A stretch of DNA of 64,000 nucleotides from an uncultured delta proteobacterium (GTDB lineage: Bacteria > Desulfobacterota > Binatia > Bin18): NCBI GenBank assembly GCA_963733195.1, contig CAVTCR010000062.1, forward strand, positions 320,001 through 384,000, in the 5' to 3' direction. Of this stretch, positions 44,289 to 54,578 are shown one piece after another. Below the pieces are notes generated by a model. It did no database searches and was not told where the DNA came from. It saw only the letters and a program-made list of their open reading frames with translations. Position 1 is the stretch's first letter, and each line of letters begins with the position of its first letter. The translations under genes were made by a program, and so were the position numbers.

Positions 44289-45347
44289 ATGAAGACACGA
44301 TTTCTGTACAAACAACTGCGCACCTTCGCTGCAGTGAGCTGGCTCCTCTGGGTTCCAATGACCGCCCAGGCAACCGACGTTGCAGTGCTTAGGCTCGGCA
44401 CCCTGATCGACCAAGCCGACGTTATTGTCATTGGGACAGCAAAGGAAGTGAACGAAGACAAAGCCTCAGGCTCGCAGAAGGCAGCTATTACTATTCAAGA
44501 AACCTTGCTCGGCAAAGCGCCTGCGACGCTGACACTTGCCGGGAGTACGACAGACCCGACGCTCCATAACTTTACCGTGGGTGTGCAATTCCTCGGGTTT
44601 CTCAAAGCGACTTCGACGGGATTCACCCCGGTAGGAGATTTACACGGCCTGATAGAGATTCCTGCTGGCCGACTCCCAGCGACTAACGCCATCATAAAAG
44701 AATGGCTAGCGAAAAGAACCGATATTCGCCTTGCCAACCTCCGTGATGACGTGGTCGTGCAAAAGTCCCCTGCTGCATCAGTGCTCATCGGCTCCATGCT
44801 AGAAGAGATGACTGCACGTCTTACTGTCGCGGATGTTCCTTTGGTCACGGAAATGGCGTGCAATCAGAAGCAAGAATTTCCCTCAGCAGTTCAAGTCTGG
44901 GCGATCCACCGTGTTGGTCCGCTAAAAGTTGGCGATGCGCGTTCCTGCGTCGAAGCACTGCTCACGGCGAAGGATAAAAGCGCAGCGAGTCTGGCAGCAG
45001 CAGAGACACTCGGCAACCTAAAAGACCCGCGTAGTCTCCCTGCACTGACCTCTGTACTCACCACACAAGACCAAGCCTCAGAAGACGTCAACGACGATGC
45101 TGACGGTGGGTTAAGCCTCGCGGTGATCCTGGCTATAGGCAAGATCGGTGACTCATCGGCAGTATCAACGTTGTTGAAAATCGCACAAAACGGTGAAGAC
45201 CTCGCCCTTCATTCGACAGTCGTACATGCATTGGGACTGATCGGACCTAAGAGTATTGATGCACTCACCGACATTAGCAAAAACCACCCAAATCAACTCA
45301 TCCGTGCCCAAGCGCAGCGAACATTAGAACGCGTGCAAAAGGCGTAA
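44289..45347 (+). CDS. Secreted HEAT-repeat protein
   Basis: Signal-peptide-like N-terminus (MKTRFLYK...TAQA) and HEAT/PBS repeats AAAETLGNLKDPRSLPAL, AIGKIGDSSAVSTL and VVHALGLIG. Confidence 0.75.
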   Translation: MKTRFLYKQLRTFAAVSWLLWVPMTAQATDVAVLRLGTLIDQADVIVIGTAKEVNEDKASGSQKAAITIQETLLGKAPATLTLAGSTTDPTLHNFTVGVQFLGFLKATSTGFTPVGDLHGLIEIPAGRLPATNAIIKEWLAKRTDIRLANLRDDVVVQKSPAASVLIGSMLEEMTARLTVADVPLVTEMACNQKQEFPSAVQVWAIHRVGPLKVGDARSCVEALLTAKDKSAASLAAAETLGNLKDPRSLPALTSVLTTQDQASEDVNDDADGGLSLAVILAIGKIGDSSAVSTLLKIAQNGEDLALHSTVVHALGLIGPKSIDALTDISKNHPNQLIRAQAQRTLERVQKA

Positions 45348-45387
45348 CTGACTCTCACCCTATTACTTTTATAAGGAGAACATAATC

Positions 45388-47097
45388 ATGAAACGCTATC
45401 GACTTCTGTTGTTTATTCTCACCAGTTTACTGTACACCGTACCAGCTAGAGCCCATCAGGTAATCTTTCTCGACTTCTCTGGGTTCGATCTCTCTGCCTA
45501 CGCAACTGTAAATGGGAACAGCCCAGCAACCACCGATGATGTGACCGCGGTGCAAGAATTGGTCATCGCTAATATGGTGAAAGACTATGCGCCGTTTGAT
45601 GTTCACTTTACTACCGTGCAACCCGCCAGTGGTCGCTTCACCCGAGTGACGTTCCACGAGGATGATGCGGGACTTTTCGGTTGTGCCGGTCCCGGCTGTT
45701 GTCTCTTTGGCAACTGTACTGGCATTGGCACGTTTACCCAGAACCAAAGCGGTTGTGAGGTGTATGCCGGCAGTTTTGCTGACGATGCCAATTTCTCTGG
45801 CGATAACGCCACCACTGCACGCATTGCTAAAGGGATATCACACACTGCCAGTCATGAACTGGGACACGTATTAGGTCTGCGCCATTGCCATGCGGCTGAC
45901 GATTTTGTCTCGTCCGGTTCTTCCTGCTTCGATGGCTTCCAAAATACCAACGACCAGAACGTGAACTTTCATATCATGGCCAGCGGCGCCTCGTCTGGTC
46001 TAACGATGGAGCAACGCGCCACACGCGATCGTTTCTTTAGCATTCATTCGAGTCGTCGTGTGCTGTATCGCAATTTCCAACCCCGCAATCACTGGAGCCT
46101 TCTCCAAAGCGTGAATACTGGTGATCGTGCTGATCTCACCTATGGCAGTCTCCGGACTCCGGATAAGGTCCGCTGGTTCAATCGTCTCTCCAATGGTGAG
46201 ACTTTTGGCAGCCTGACTACTTTCACAAACGATGCGGGAAAAAGAGCGGACATGTTTCTCGAAGGTGATGTCGATGGTGATAATCGCGCCGACCTCGTGA
46301 TTGGTGAAATCCGTAACGCCACCACCGTGCGCTGGCGGGTACGCCTCTCGACCGGTACGTCCTTCGCAGCCGCAACCGTCTTTACCGAAGACGCCGGGAA
46401 TCCTGGCGACATCTTCCGCCTGGCGGACGTGAATGGGGATGGTCGCAAGGACCTCCTGCGGGGCACACCGCAAGCGGTTACGAATGCCGTAAGTTGGAGG
46501 GCGCATTTCTCAACGGGATTAACTTTCGGGAATAGCACAACCGTCTCTAATAGCGCTGGTTTTGGTAGCGATCTGTTTCTTGTGGGTGATGTCACTGGAG
46601 ATGGATTCGATGACCTCGTTGCCTTCGGTCCGGGACGGGTAGAAGTGCACCGATCGTTTGGCAATTTGCTCGGTGCAGTTGATAACACCGACATCCCAGT
46701 CATCAACACTCCAGATTATCTATTTCTTGGTGATCTGACAGGTGACGGGCAGGCAGATCTCCTGACTGGTATTGTCCTCAGTAACTCACAAGTAGAATGG
46801 CACATTCAGCAGTCGTTGGCTTGCAACGTCATTCCGTTTGCCTCTGTCTGCTTCGCCGACGCGCGTCGGTTCAACAGTGATAGCGGGGCGGCTGGAGATC
46901 TTTTCCGCCTTGGCGACACCAACGGTGATGGCAGAGCTGACCTCTTGTTTGGTCGCGCAGTCGGACAGGACGATCTCGATACTGATCCCAATCTTTCACT
47001 GGTTCGCTGGTTTGGACGTCTCTCGAATGGGCAGAATTTTGACCCGACTACAACCTGGCGGAATGATGCCGGGAATGAAGGCCACCAATTCCCGTAA
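45388..47097 (+). CDS. Secreted zinc metalloprotease domain plus FG-GAP/VCBS-like repeats
   Basis: Signal peptide (...PARA), metzincin motif HELGHVLGLRH with downstream HIM, and five DxxGDGxxDL-type repeats. Confidence 0.8.
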   Translation: MKRYRLLLFILTSLLYTVPARAHQVIFLDFSGFDLSAYATVNGNSPATTDDVTAVQELVIANMVKDYAPFDVHFTTVQPASGRFTRVTFHEDDAGLFGCAGPGCCLFGNCTGIGTFTQNQSGCEVYAGSFADDANFSGDNATTARIAKGISHTASHELGHVLGLRHCHAADDFVSSGSSCFDGFQNTNDQNVNFHIMASGASSGLTMEQRATRDRFFSIHSSRRVLYRNFQPRNHWSLLQSVNTGDRADLTYGSLRTPDKVRWFNRLSNGETFGSLTTFTNDAGKRADMFLEGDVDGDNRADLVIGEIRNATTVRWRVRLSTGTSFAAATVFTEDAGNPGDIFRLADVNGDGRKDLLRGTPQAVTNAVSWRAHFSTGLTFGNSTTVSNSAGFGSDLFLVGDVTGDGFDDLVAFGPGRVEVHRSFGNLLGAVDNTDIPVINTPDYLFLGDLTGDGQADLLTGIVLSNSQVEWHIQQSLACNVIPFASVCFADARRFNSDSGAAGDLFRLGDTNGDGRADLLFGRAVGQDDLDTDPNLSLVRWFGRLSNGQNFDPTTTWRNDAGNEGHQFP

Positions 47098-47229
47098 CCC
47101 AGCGACTTCCCCTCGTTAGAGGGGCAGAAGTTGAGGACATTACACACGCAGCCGGGAACAACTCCGGTTGCGTGCTCGCCACGGATAGGCACCCTATCCG
47201 TGGCTTCACTTTTGGCGATAGTCGCTGTG

Positions 47230-47500
47230 GTGTTTCTCTTCACTAGAGACACTGTTGCGTTGATGCACTGCGGTAGATCGAGGACATCAGGTCCGAGCCG
47301 ACGCTCGCGGGCAAGAATCATTGCCCGTTCCAACACATTCGCCAGTTCCCGCAGGTTGCCTGGCCAGTGATAAGCCGAGAGTTTCGCGAGCCCTTCACGC
47401 GAGAGCGTATAGCCGTGCCGCCCCATACGCCGTTAAAAGGACAGTACAAATGAGGGCAGGTCTTCCATCCGCTCTCGTAGTGGGGGCAATTGCAACTATG
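47230..47500 (-). pseudogene. Sigma54-dependent activator (NtrC-type) C-terminal AAA fragment
   Basis: LSREGLAKLSAYHWPGNLRELANVLERAMIL preceded by a decayed RERMEDLP; no GAFTGA motif or N-terminus. Confidence 0.65.
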
Positions 47501-47527
47501 CGAACACAACCATAGGGTGAGATTCTG

Positions 47528-47872
47528 ATGACAGCGCGCGACAAAAAAAACGATGCTCCCACCGATCCAACGTTTGCCCCCCTCGACGACGAAAACCCTT
47601 TTCCTGACCCAGTCGAACTCCCTCTCGAAGACGTGCTCGACTTACATCCGTTTCTTCCTAAGGAGATTCGCAGCGTAGTCGAAGAATATCTCACGCAATG
47701 TTGTGAAGCTGGTTTTCCTGTTGTTCGATTGATTCATGGCAAAGGCAAAGGCGTCCAACGCGAGAGTATTCGTGCATTGCTGACGCGGCTGCCCTTCGTA
47801 CAGTCGTTTCAGGATGCTCCACCCGAGGCCGGTGGCTGGGGGGCAACGATTGTGTATCTTCAATCCAAATGA
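47528..47872 (+). CDS. Smr domain protein
   Basis: DVLDLH, VRLIHGKGKGVQR and GGWGATIV. Confidence 0.9.
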   Translation: MTARDKKNDAPTDPTFAPLDDENPFPDPVELPLEDVLDLHPFLPKEIRSVVEEYLTQCCEAGFPVVRLIHGKGKGVQRESIRALLTRLPFVQSFQDAPPEAGGWGATIVYLQSK

Positions 47873-47886
47873 GGGGTGATCATGAA

Positions 47887-47971
47887 GAGCACTGCGAAGC
47901 AATCTCGTTTCGCTGGAGATTGCTTCGTCGTGGAGTTTATCCTGAGCGTGTCGAAGGGCTCCTCGCAATGA
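47887..47971. repeat. Palindromic intergenic element with nested CCTGAGC-N-GTCGAAGG unit
   Basis: CGAAGCAATCTC (47895-47906) and GAGATTGCTTCG (47916-47927), then GAGTTTATCCTGAGCGTGTCGAAGGGCTCCTCGCAATGA. Confidence 0.7.
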
Positions 47972-48104
47972 TTGTTACTTCCTAACCTAACGTCATTGCC
48001 CTATGGCCTGAAGCCTCCAGCCTAAAGCCTATCCGCCTTTCCCTTGCGTTTCCCCGGTGCAAAGGAGTAAATAGGAAGGGTCATCCTAAAAAGGAGGGGT
48101 TTCT

Positions 48105-48845
48105 ATGCAAACTACAGACACTTTCGTACAAGATTTACGTGTCTACATTAAGAAGGAGGATGAAAAGCCGCTCCTGGGGCCGAGTTTTTACAAGGCGGTT
48201 CTCGACGGCACCCTCTCCCGTGAACAACTGAAAAAATGGGCACTGAACCTTTTCTATGTCACTGGCCAACATATTCGCGCGTTTGGTGGGATCTTCATGA
48301 ATACAGGGCTCAGTCCTATGGACCAGAAGATTCGCCGTCATATAGTGGAGAATCTTATTGATGAAGAAACCATCATGGGTCGCGGTGATGATGCACACTG
48401 GATGCTGTCAATGCGTTTAGCGAAAGCTCTCGGCGCAACCGACGAAGAAGTGTTACATCCGACCGTCTCCAAAGAAGCCGTTGAGTACGTCAACTGGGTC
48501 ATTGAATTAGGGCGTAAGGAGTATGGCTTGGTGACTCTCGCTGCGATGTCAATCGGCGGAGAAACTCGTAGTGATAGTTCAATGAAAGGTTTTGTCAAAG
48601 CCTTAAAGGAAAAATACAACCTCAGTCGCGCCGACCTGGAGTTCTTCTACGCCCACATGGGCGAGGCCGAAGCCCATGGCGAGCCGGTATTCGAGATGGT
48701 GAAAGAATACGCGACCACGCCAGAGCGGCAACAAAAGATTCGTAACAGCATCACCACGTGGTGTGAGAAGTTTTCTGCTGCCCAAGAAGGCGGATACCGG
48801 ACGGCGATGGGAGTTGATCCCGGCGTTCAGGTACATTTGGCCTAA
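48105..48845 (+). CDS. TenA/PqqC/CADD-like heme-oxygenase-fold protein
   Basis: GTLSREQLKKWA, putative metal ligands ENLIDEE...H, E and FFYAH...E..H. Confidence 0.75.
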   Translation: MQTTDTFVQDLRVYIKKEDEKPLLGPSFYKAVLDGTLSREQLKKWALNLFYVTGQHIRAFGGIFMNTGLSPMDQKIRRHIVENLIDEETIMGRGDDAHWMLSMRLAKALGATDEEVLHPTVSKEAVEYVNWVIELGRKEYGLVTLAAMSIGGETRSDSSMKGFVKALKEKYNLSRADLEFFYAHMGEAEAHGEPVFEMVKEYATTPERQQKIRNSITTWCEKFSAAQEGGYRTAMGVDPGVQVHLA

Positions 48846-48970
48846 AGACAAAGAGGAAAAGGGGGAACTGGTAAGAAAAGACAGAGAAGCGAGACAGAAA
48901 AAGAAATAGAGAAGTGAAATACAGAGATAAGAAGTAAGGAGCCCACAACTGAAATATAGGAGGGGTAACC

Positions 48971-50662
48971 ATGTACGATCTCATTATCGAGAATGCTCAA
49001 ATTTGTGACGGCACAGGCAAGCCAAGTTTTCATGGCAATGTTGCCGTCAAGGATGGAATGATTGCCGCAGTTGGCAAAGGCAATGGCGAAACAGCAGCCA
49101 AGAAAATCAATGCCGACGGCTTGGTGCTCGCGCCAGGCTTCATTGATCCGCATACGCATTATGACGCCCAGGTCGCGTGGGATCCATTGGTGACTTGTTC
49201 ATCGTGGCACGGCATTACCACCGTCGTCATGGGCAACTGCGGCGTGGGAGTAGCTCCGGTACGACCTAAGGCCCGTGATATTGTCATGTGGGATCTTGTG
49301 AACGTCGAAGCGATCCCTTTTGATGTCATGGAACGTGGGATCGACTGGAAATGGGAAAGTCACGCCGAGTATCTCGACGCATTGCAGAAACGCGGGATGG
49401 GTATCAATGTCGCCTCGTTGGCAGCACTCACACCGCTTCGTCATTATGTGATAGGCGAGGAGTCCTTTGAGCGCGCCGCCAACGAGAAAGAAATCGCAGA
49501 TATGCAGCGTTTGTTCCGCGATGCGATCCGTGCTGGGGCGTTCGGTCTCACCTCAACCATCTTGAATAATCACATTGGCTACGAAGGTCGTCCGCTTGCG
49601 TGTCGTCAGGCAAGCCGAGCCGAACTTTCTGCTCTTTGCCAAGTGTTGCGAGAGGAGCGGCGCGGAACGATTGAGATCGCATTGACAGGAACCAATATCG
49701 GGCAAGTGTCAGATGATGAGTACAACCTGTTAGAATTTTTAGTGAATGAAAGCCAACGGCCAGTAACGTTCCTGGCATTGTTCAATAAGCCTGGGAAACC
49801 AGAGTCCTATCTCAACGCGGTCGAGAAAGTGAAACCGATTCTGGCCTGGAACAAAGCAGTTCCGCAGGTCACCTGCCGTCCGCTGCGCATTCAATTCAAC
49901 ATGCGCAACCCATTCATTTTTGCCATCTTCTCAGTCTGGCATCCGGTGTTCAACAAGAGCGTCGAAGAGCAAATGAAGCTCTACGCCGACCCTGGCTTCC
50001 GACAGGCATTCCGCGAAGAAATGGATCAACGACGTATCTTTGCCGGACAGTGGGGCCGAATGACGGTTATTGATGCAAAGAGCCCAGAAGTCCAGAAGCA
50101 TGTGGAGAGTAAAAAGACTGTCGCGCAGATTGCCCGCGATCAAGGTAAAGATCCGATCGATACGTTTCTAGACCTCGCTATTGCCGACAAGCTCGAGCTG
50201 CTCTTTGATCTGCAAGCGTTTAACTTTGAACCTGAGGGTGTGAAGAATCTCGTCAGTGATCCGCGTTTCCTCATCGGCCTGTCCGACGGCGGAGCACATG
50301 TGGATATGTTATGTGATGCCGGATACGCCACCTATCTATTAGGACGTTGGGTACGGGAACATCAAGTCTTGTCACTAGAAGAAGGCGTGCGCCGTCTCAC
50401 TTCGGTTCCTGCGGATCTCTTCGGCATTCCGAAGCGTGGTCGAATCGCTCCGGGGCTGGTCGCTGATCTCACGCTTTTTGATCTCGCGACGGTCGATGCC
50501 AAAGACCCAGAATATGTCTGGGATTTGCCGGGTGGCGGCAAACGTTTCGTTGCCAAATCCAAAGGCATTAAGACAACGATTGTCTCAGGTCAGGTACTCT
50601 ACCAAGATGACGAGTATCAGGGTGGGTTACCGGGCAAGGTGTTACGCAGTTACGACGCGTAA
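48971..50662 (+). CDS. N-acyl-D-amino-acid deacylase family amidohydrolase
   Basis: APGFIDPHTHYD, GITTVVMGNCG, SDGGAH and RGRIAPGLVADL. Confidence 0.9.
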   Translation: MYDLIIENAQICDGTGKPSFHGNVAVKDGMIAAVGKGNGETAAKKINADGLVLAPGFIDPHTHYDAQVAWDPLVTCSSWHGITTVVMGNCGVGVAPVRPKARDIVMWDLVNVEAIPFDVMERGIDWKWESHAEYLDALQKRGMGINVASLAALTPLRHYVIGEESFERAANEKEIADMQRLFRDAIRAGAFGLTSTILNNHIGYEGRPLACRQASRAELSALCQVLREERRGTIEIALTGTNIGQVSDDEYNLLEFLVNESQRPVTFLALFNKPGKPESYLNAVEKVKPILAWNKAVPQVTCRPLRIQFNMRNPFIFAIFSVWHPVFNKSVEEQMKLYADPGFRQAFREEMDQRRIFAGQWGRMTVIDAKSPEVQKHVESKKTVAQIARDQGKDPIDTFLDLAIADKLELLFDLQAFNFEPEGVKNLVSDPRFLIGLSDGGAHVDMLCDAGYATYLLGRWVREHQVLSLEEGVRRLTSVPADLFGIPKRGRIAPGLVADLTLFDLATVDAKDPEYVWDLPGGGKRFVAKSKGIKTTIVSGQVLYQDDEYQGGLPGKVLRSYDA

Positions 50663-50777
50663 AGGAAACCCATTCGGCACAAAGGTCACGTAACACGCTA
50701 CACGCTACACGAAACTCGTGCGGCTGTGACGTGTTACGTAATGCGTGATTCTTGAAACGACTTGCCGTTCGCGGTTG

Positions 50778-51092
50778 CTAGCATTCCTCACCAACAATAA
50801 TATTCTCCCGCGTAAACATGATAGCGATCTGGCTGGAATGGCTGGTCGCACTCTGACGCGCGGTTTGACCTTCCGATAACGCAAACACCTTTTCAAGATC
50901 CTCTTTGGTCTCGAACCATACCTCGGCCATGCCATCAAACGGCTGATCCGGTGTCGTTGTTAAATTAATCGCGTATCGCTTGAGTCCAGGAAAGCGTTTC
51001 ACATAGACAGAATGCTCAATCAACCACCAACGATGGAAATCCTCCAGACTCATCCCCTCGGGCCGTTTTAACAAACCGATGAGTTTATACAC
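50778..51092 (-). CDS. EthD family protein
   Basis: KLIGLLKRPEGMSLEDFHRWW..EH and FDGMAEVWF. Confidence 0.85.
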   Translation of the reverse strand: MYKLIGLLKRPEGMSLEDFHRWWLIEHSVYVKRFPGLKRYAINLTTTPDQPFDGMAEVWFETKEDLEKVFALSEGQTARQSATSHSSQIAIMFTRENIIVGEEC

Positions 51093-51139
51093 CGTCCCCC
51101 CTTGTGGAACTCAGCAGCGTCCCCGTACCCTGCTCACGT

Positions 51140-52135
51140 TTACATGCTCGACGCTTTATCAAGCACTGGATACATCTCGACGCGGTCTCTCCCATTACGC
51201 TTTGCGGCGTACAGCGCCTGATCCGCCTGTTCGAGGATCTCCTCTAACGTCTGCGTCCGGTCGTGGTTCATACTTGAGGCACCAAAACTCACGGTCACGT
51301 GCATGATCCTTGAGGGCTGATTGAATACCAAACTGCGGACCGCAGCACATAGCCGATCAGCCACTTTGTAAGCCTCGACTAATTCCGTCTCTGGCAATAA
51401 GATCGCGAATTCTTCTCCACCATATCGAGCACAGAGATCACTGGTACGGCAATGCCGAAGCAAGGTTTGTCCAATATCCTTGAGCACTATATCACCAAAG
51501 GCGTGGCCATAGGTATCATTGATCGACTTAAAGTGATCGAGATCTGCCAACAGAATCGAGAGGGGATGATGGTACCGTTGGGCACGGAGGCATTCTTCTT
51601 TCGCCCGTTCTTCAAATCGCCGACGATTCGCTAGTCCAGTGAGAGCATCTTCCCGAGCAAGATGCTCTAGTTGCGACTGTTGTTCCTGGAGGGTCTTTTG
51701 GTAGCGAACGATACGCTCTCCGACTTTGATACGTGCCTGTAGCTCCGTCAGACTGAATGGTTTCGTGAGATAGTCCGCTGCGCCGAGTTCTAGTCCTTTG
51801 ACTTTATCTTCAAGAGTGTCTCGCGCAGAGGTAATAATAATGTGGAGATCACGCAGAGAGGAATCACTCTGCACCGCTCGACAGAACTCAAACCCATCCA
51901 TCTCAGGCATCATGAGATCAAGCAAGACAATATCTGCCATCTGCTCGCGTAACCGGGCAATTGCCTCTTTGCCCGTTGCAGCCATAACAATAGCGTACCC
52001 CATGCCCCGCACCATGAGTGCTACCATTTCACGGATCTCTCTATCATCTTCAACGATAAGAACTCGAAGTTGGCGGCTTGTGGCTGGATCGTTGGTTGGC
52101 ATGGTGTCTTTGTTAGTCCGCGACTGTTTGGCCAT
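51140..52135 (-). CDS. Response regulator diguanylate cyclase (REC-GGDEF)
   Basis: VLIVEDD, LLDLMMP, KPF, DALTGLANRR and RYGGEEF. Confidence 0.92.
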   Translation of the reverse strand: MAKQSRTNKDTMPTNDPATSRQLRVLIVEDDREIREMVALMVRGMGYAIVMAATGKEAIARLREQMADIVLLDLMMPEMDGFEFCRAVQSDSSLRDLHIIITSARDTLEDKVKGLELGAADYLTKPFSLTELQARIKVGERIVRYQKTLQEQQSQLEHLAREDALTGLANRRRFEERAKEECLRAQRYHHPLSILLADLDHFKSINDTYGHAFGDIVLKDIGQTLLRHCRTSDLCARYGGEEFAILLPETELVEAYKVADRLCAAVRSLVFNQPSRIMHVTVSFGASSMNHDRTQTLEEILEQADQALYAAKRNGRDRVEMYPVLDKASSM

Positions 52136-52246
52136 ATTTCCTCTTCATCCTTCAGAAGTCAAGAGAAACATACAGCAAAACAGTACGTACTGGTTACAAG
52201 CGTTGAGGATCTCCATTCCGTGTATCATACGTTTCTATTATCTTCA

Positions 52247-54364
52247 TTACGCCCGCTGTCGATTGCGCTCTAGAGAAAAGTTCGTTACAGCACTCGCCTT
52301 TTTTCCCCAAGGCGATTCGTGTAACCAGTGGGCTAGATCCGTTGGAGGGATGGGACGACTCAGCAAATACCCCTGCACGATGTCACATCCTAAGGCCGCA
52401 AGTGCGTCCCATGTCGCTTGATCTTCAACACCTTCGGCAACAATCTTTAGACCTAAGTTGTGCCCCAGTTCAATGGTTGCACGAACAATAGCCGCGTCAT
52501 TCTCGTCTGTCGTTAACCCTTGAACAAACGACTTGTCGATCTTCAGCGTATTAAGTGGCAATCGTCGGAGTAGGGCAAGAGATGAATAGCCTGTACCAAA
52601 GTCGTCAATAGCGATACTGACTCCCATCGTCCGTAGTTCTGAAAGAGTTTTCAGCGTACTCTCCATGTCCGCAGCAATCGCGGTCTCGGTAATTTCGACT
52701 TCGAGGCTGGTTGGGGATACGCTCCAAGACTCAAGCAACCCGGCGATGATACGTGGGATCTGCGCATCTTGGAGATCACGCATCGAAAGGTTCACTGCCA
52801 CGTGTAGCTCAACCCCGTTCTGCTGCCATATACGGCACTGACGAATCCCTTCATTCAAAGCCCACCGGCTAATAGAACGAATGAGGCCAGTTTGCTCAGC
52901 CACGGGAATAAACCGGTCTGGAGGAATGAGGCCTTGCTGAGGATGGCGCCAACGAATCAGCGCCTCAACTTGAGAGACAATCCGAGAGGCGATGTCTGCT
53001 TTTGGTTGGTAATAGAGTAAAAGTTGTTCTTGTTCGACTGCCTGACGGAGGTCACTAATCAACACGAGGCGATTCGGATTATAGCGATCCTCCTGCTCCT
53101 GCGTGTAGAAAGCATAACCGCTGCCTGCTTCTTTGGCGAGGTGCATCGTCATATCCGCACGCCGCATGAGTGTTTCTCCGTCCGCCCCGTGATCAGGGTA
53201 AAACACTACACCGATGCTTGCGCCGACGGTCACTTTGTGCCCCTCAACGAGAAACGGAGCTTCCAGTACTTGCAGCATTCGTCGTGCTAAGCGCGTTGCA
53301 CCGGCCGTGTCACTCACTGAGGGAAGCAGAACAACGAATTCGTCGCCATTGAGACGCGCCAGGGTGTCAGATTTTCGTAATGCGCCTTGAAAGCGCGGCG
53401 CGACTTGCTGCAAGATAACATCCCCCCAGCGATACCCGAACGTATCATTGATCTCCCGAAAACGATCTAAATCCATGTACAACAAGGTGAGCCGTCGACC
53501 TTTTTCCTGCGCAATACGGAGTGTTTCTGTAAACGCCTCGTTAAACAAGGCACGATTCGGTAGTCCGGTCAGTGCGTCATGGAGAGATTGATGTTTGAGT
53601 GCTGCGCTTTGTGCTTCGTGTTCGGTAACATCGCGGGCATTGACGATCGCCCGTAAGGGCTGTCCTTCTTCAGGAAGCGTAATACTACTCGCTTCTAATA
53701 CATGCCATTCTTCAGTTGCTGATCGGAGGCGAAACTTGATCGTGCTGCTGGTCCCTAGCTGTGCAAACGTCTGAGCTAGCGTATCTCGAACCGCATCAGC
53801 ATCTTCCTCGTGGACATAGGAAAAGATACTCTCACCTGACAGCATGTCGGATTGATAACCCAGCATCCGTTCACTCGAACGGCTGGTGTACTGGATGACC
53901 CCGTCAGTATTCAAAACGATAATGAGATCCAACGAGTTCTCAAGGAGAGCACGAAAGTGGTCGGTATCTTTCCGCCACACGTGGCGGTCACGCGCATCAC
54001 GGAGTTCGCGTTCGATGGCTGGAATGAGTCGTGTGAGATTATCCTTCATGAGATAGTCACGAGCACCGGCTTTCATCGCCGCCGCAGCTGTCTCTTCACT
54101 AATATGCCCCGACACGACGAAGAAGGGCAGATCCAGTTGACGTTCTTGCAACAATTGTAATGCATCCAGTGCGCTAAATTGGGGAAGGACGTAGTCTGAG
54201 ATCACCAGATCCCACACCTTGTCTTCTAGCGCAGCCGACATCATCGCCGCCGTTTCCACTTGTTCCCACGTCGGCTCGTATCCCCCATTACGAAGGGTGC
54301 GCATGAGCAAGATCGCATCGTCTGCCGAGTCTTCAACTACCAAGACACGCAACGGCGTGCGCAT
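52247..54364 (-). CDS. REC-PAS-GGDEF-EAL protein
   Basis: VLVVEDS, PAS segment, HDALTGLPNR, variant NGDEF, EALIRW, DDFGTGYSS and AEGVE. Confidence 0.92.
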   Translation of the reverse strand: MRTPLRVLVVEDSADDAILLMRTLRNGGYEPTWEQVETAAMMSAALEDKVWDLVISDYVLPQFSALDALQLLQERQLDLPFFVVSGHISEETAAAAMKAGARDYLMKDNLTRLIPAIERELRDARDRHVWRKDTDHFRALLENSLDLIIVLNTDGVIQYTSRSSERMLGYQSDMLSGESIFSYVHEEDADAVRDTLAQTFAQLGTSSTIKFRLRSATEEWHVLEASSITLPEEGQPLRAIVNARDVTEHEAQSAALKHQSLHDALTGLPNRALFNEAFTETLRIAQEKGRRLTLLYMDLDRFREINDTFGYRWGDVILQQVAPRFQGALRKSDTLARLNGDEFVVLLPSVSDTAGATRLARRMLQVLEAPFLVEGHKVTVGASIGVVFYPDHGADGETLMRRADMTMHLAKEAGSGYAFYTQEQEDRYNPNRLVLISDLRQAVEQEQLLLYYQPKADIASRIVSQVEALIRWRHPQQGLIPPDRFIPVAEQTGLIRSISRWALNEGIRQCRIWQQNGVELHVAVNLSMRDLQDAQIPRIIAGLLESWSVSPTSLEVEITETAIAADMESTLKTLSELRTMGVSIAIDDFGTGYSSLALLRRLPLNTLKIDKSFVQGLTTDENDAAIVRATIELGHNLGLKIVAEGVEDQATWDALAALGCDIVQGYLLSRPIPPTDLAHWLHESPWGKKASAVTNFSLERNRQRA

Positions 54365-54578
54365 TTCTCTTCTCTCTTTCTACAGCAGGGCAACGAACTG
54401 AAAATTTTCTTGTAGTGCCCCACCGGTACCCGGGAATTGGCGATTTCCGGTTCCGCTTCAATCGAGGACATCGGCTGCTAACTGAAAAGATTTAAAGGGC
54501 AGAAAAGTGCTTCTCTCGTTGCCTTCCCAACAGATTTGGGTTAGGGATAACGGCGCTGTTCACCATGGGAGGCACTAT

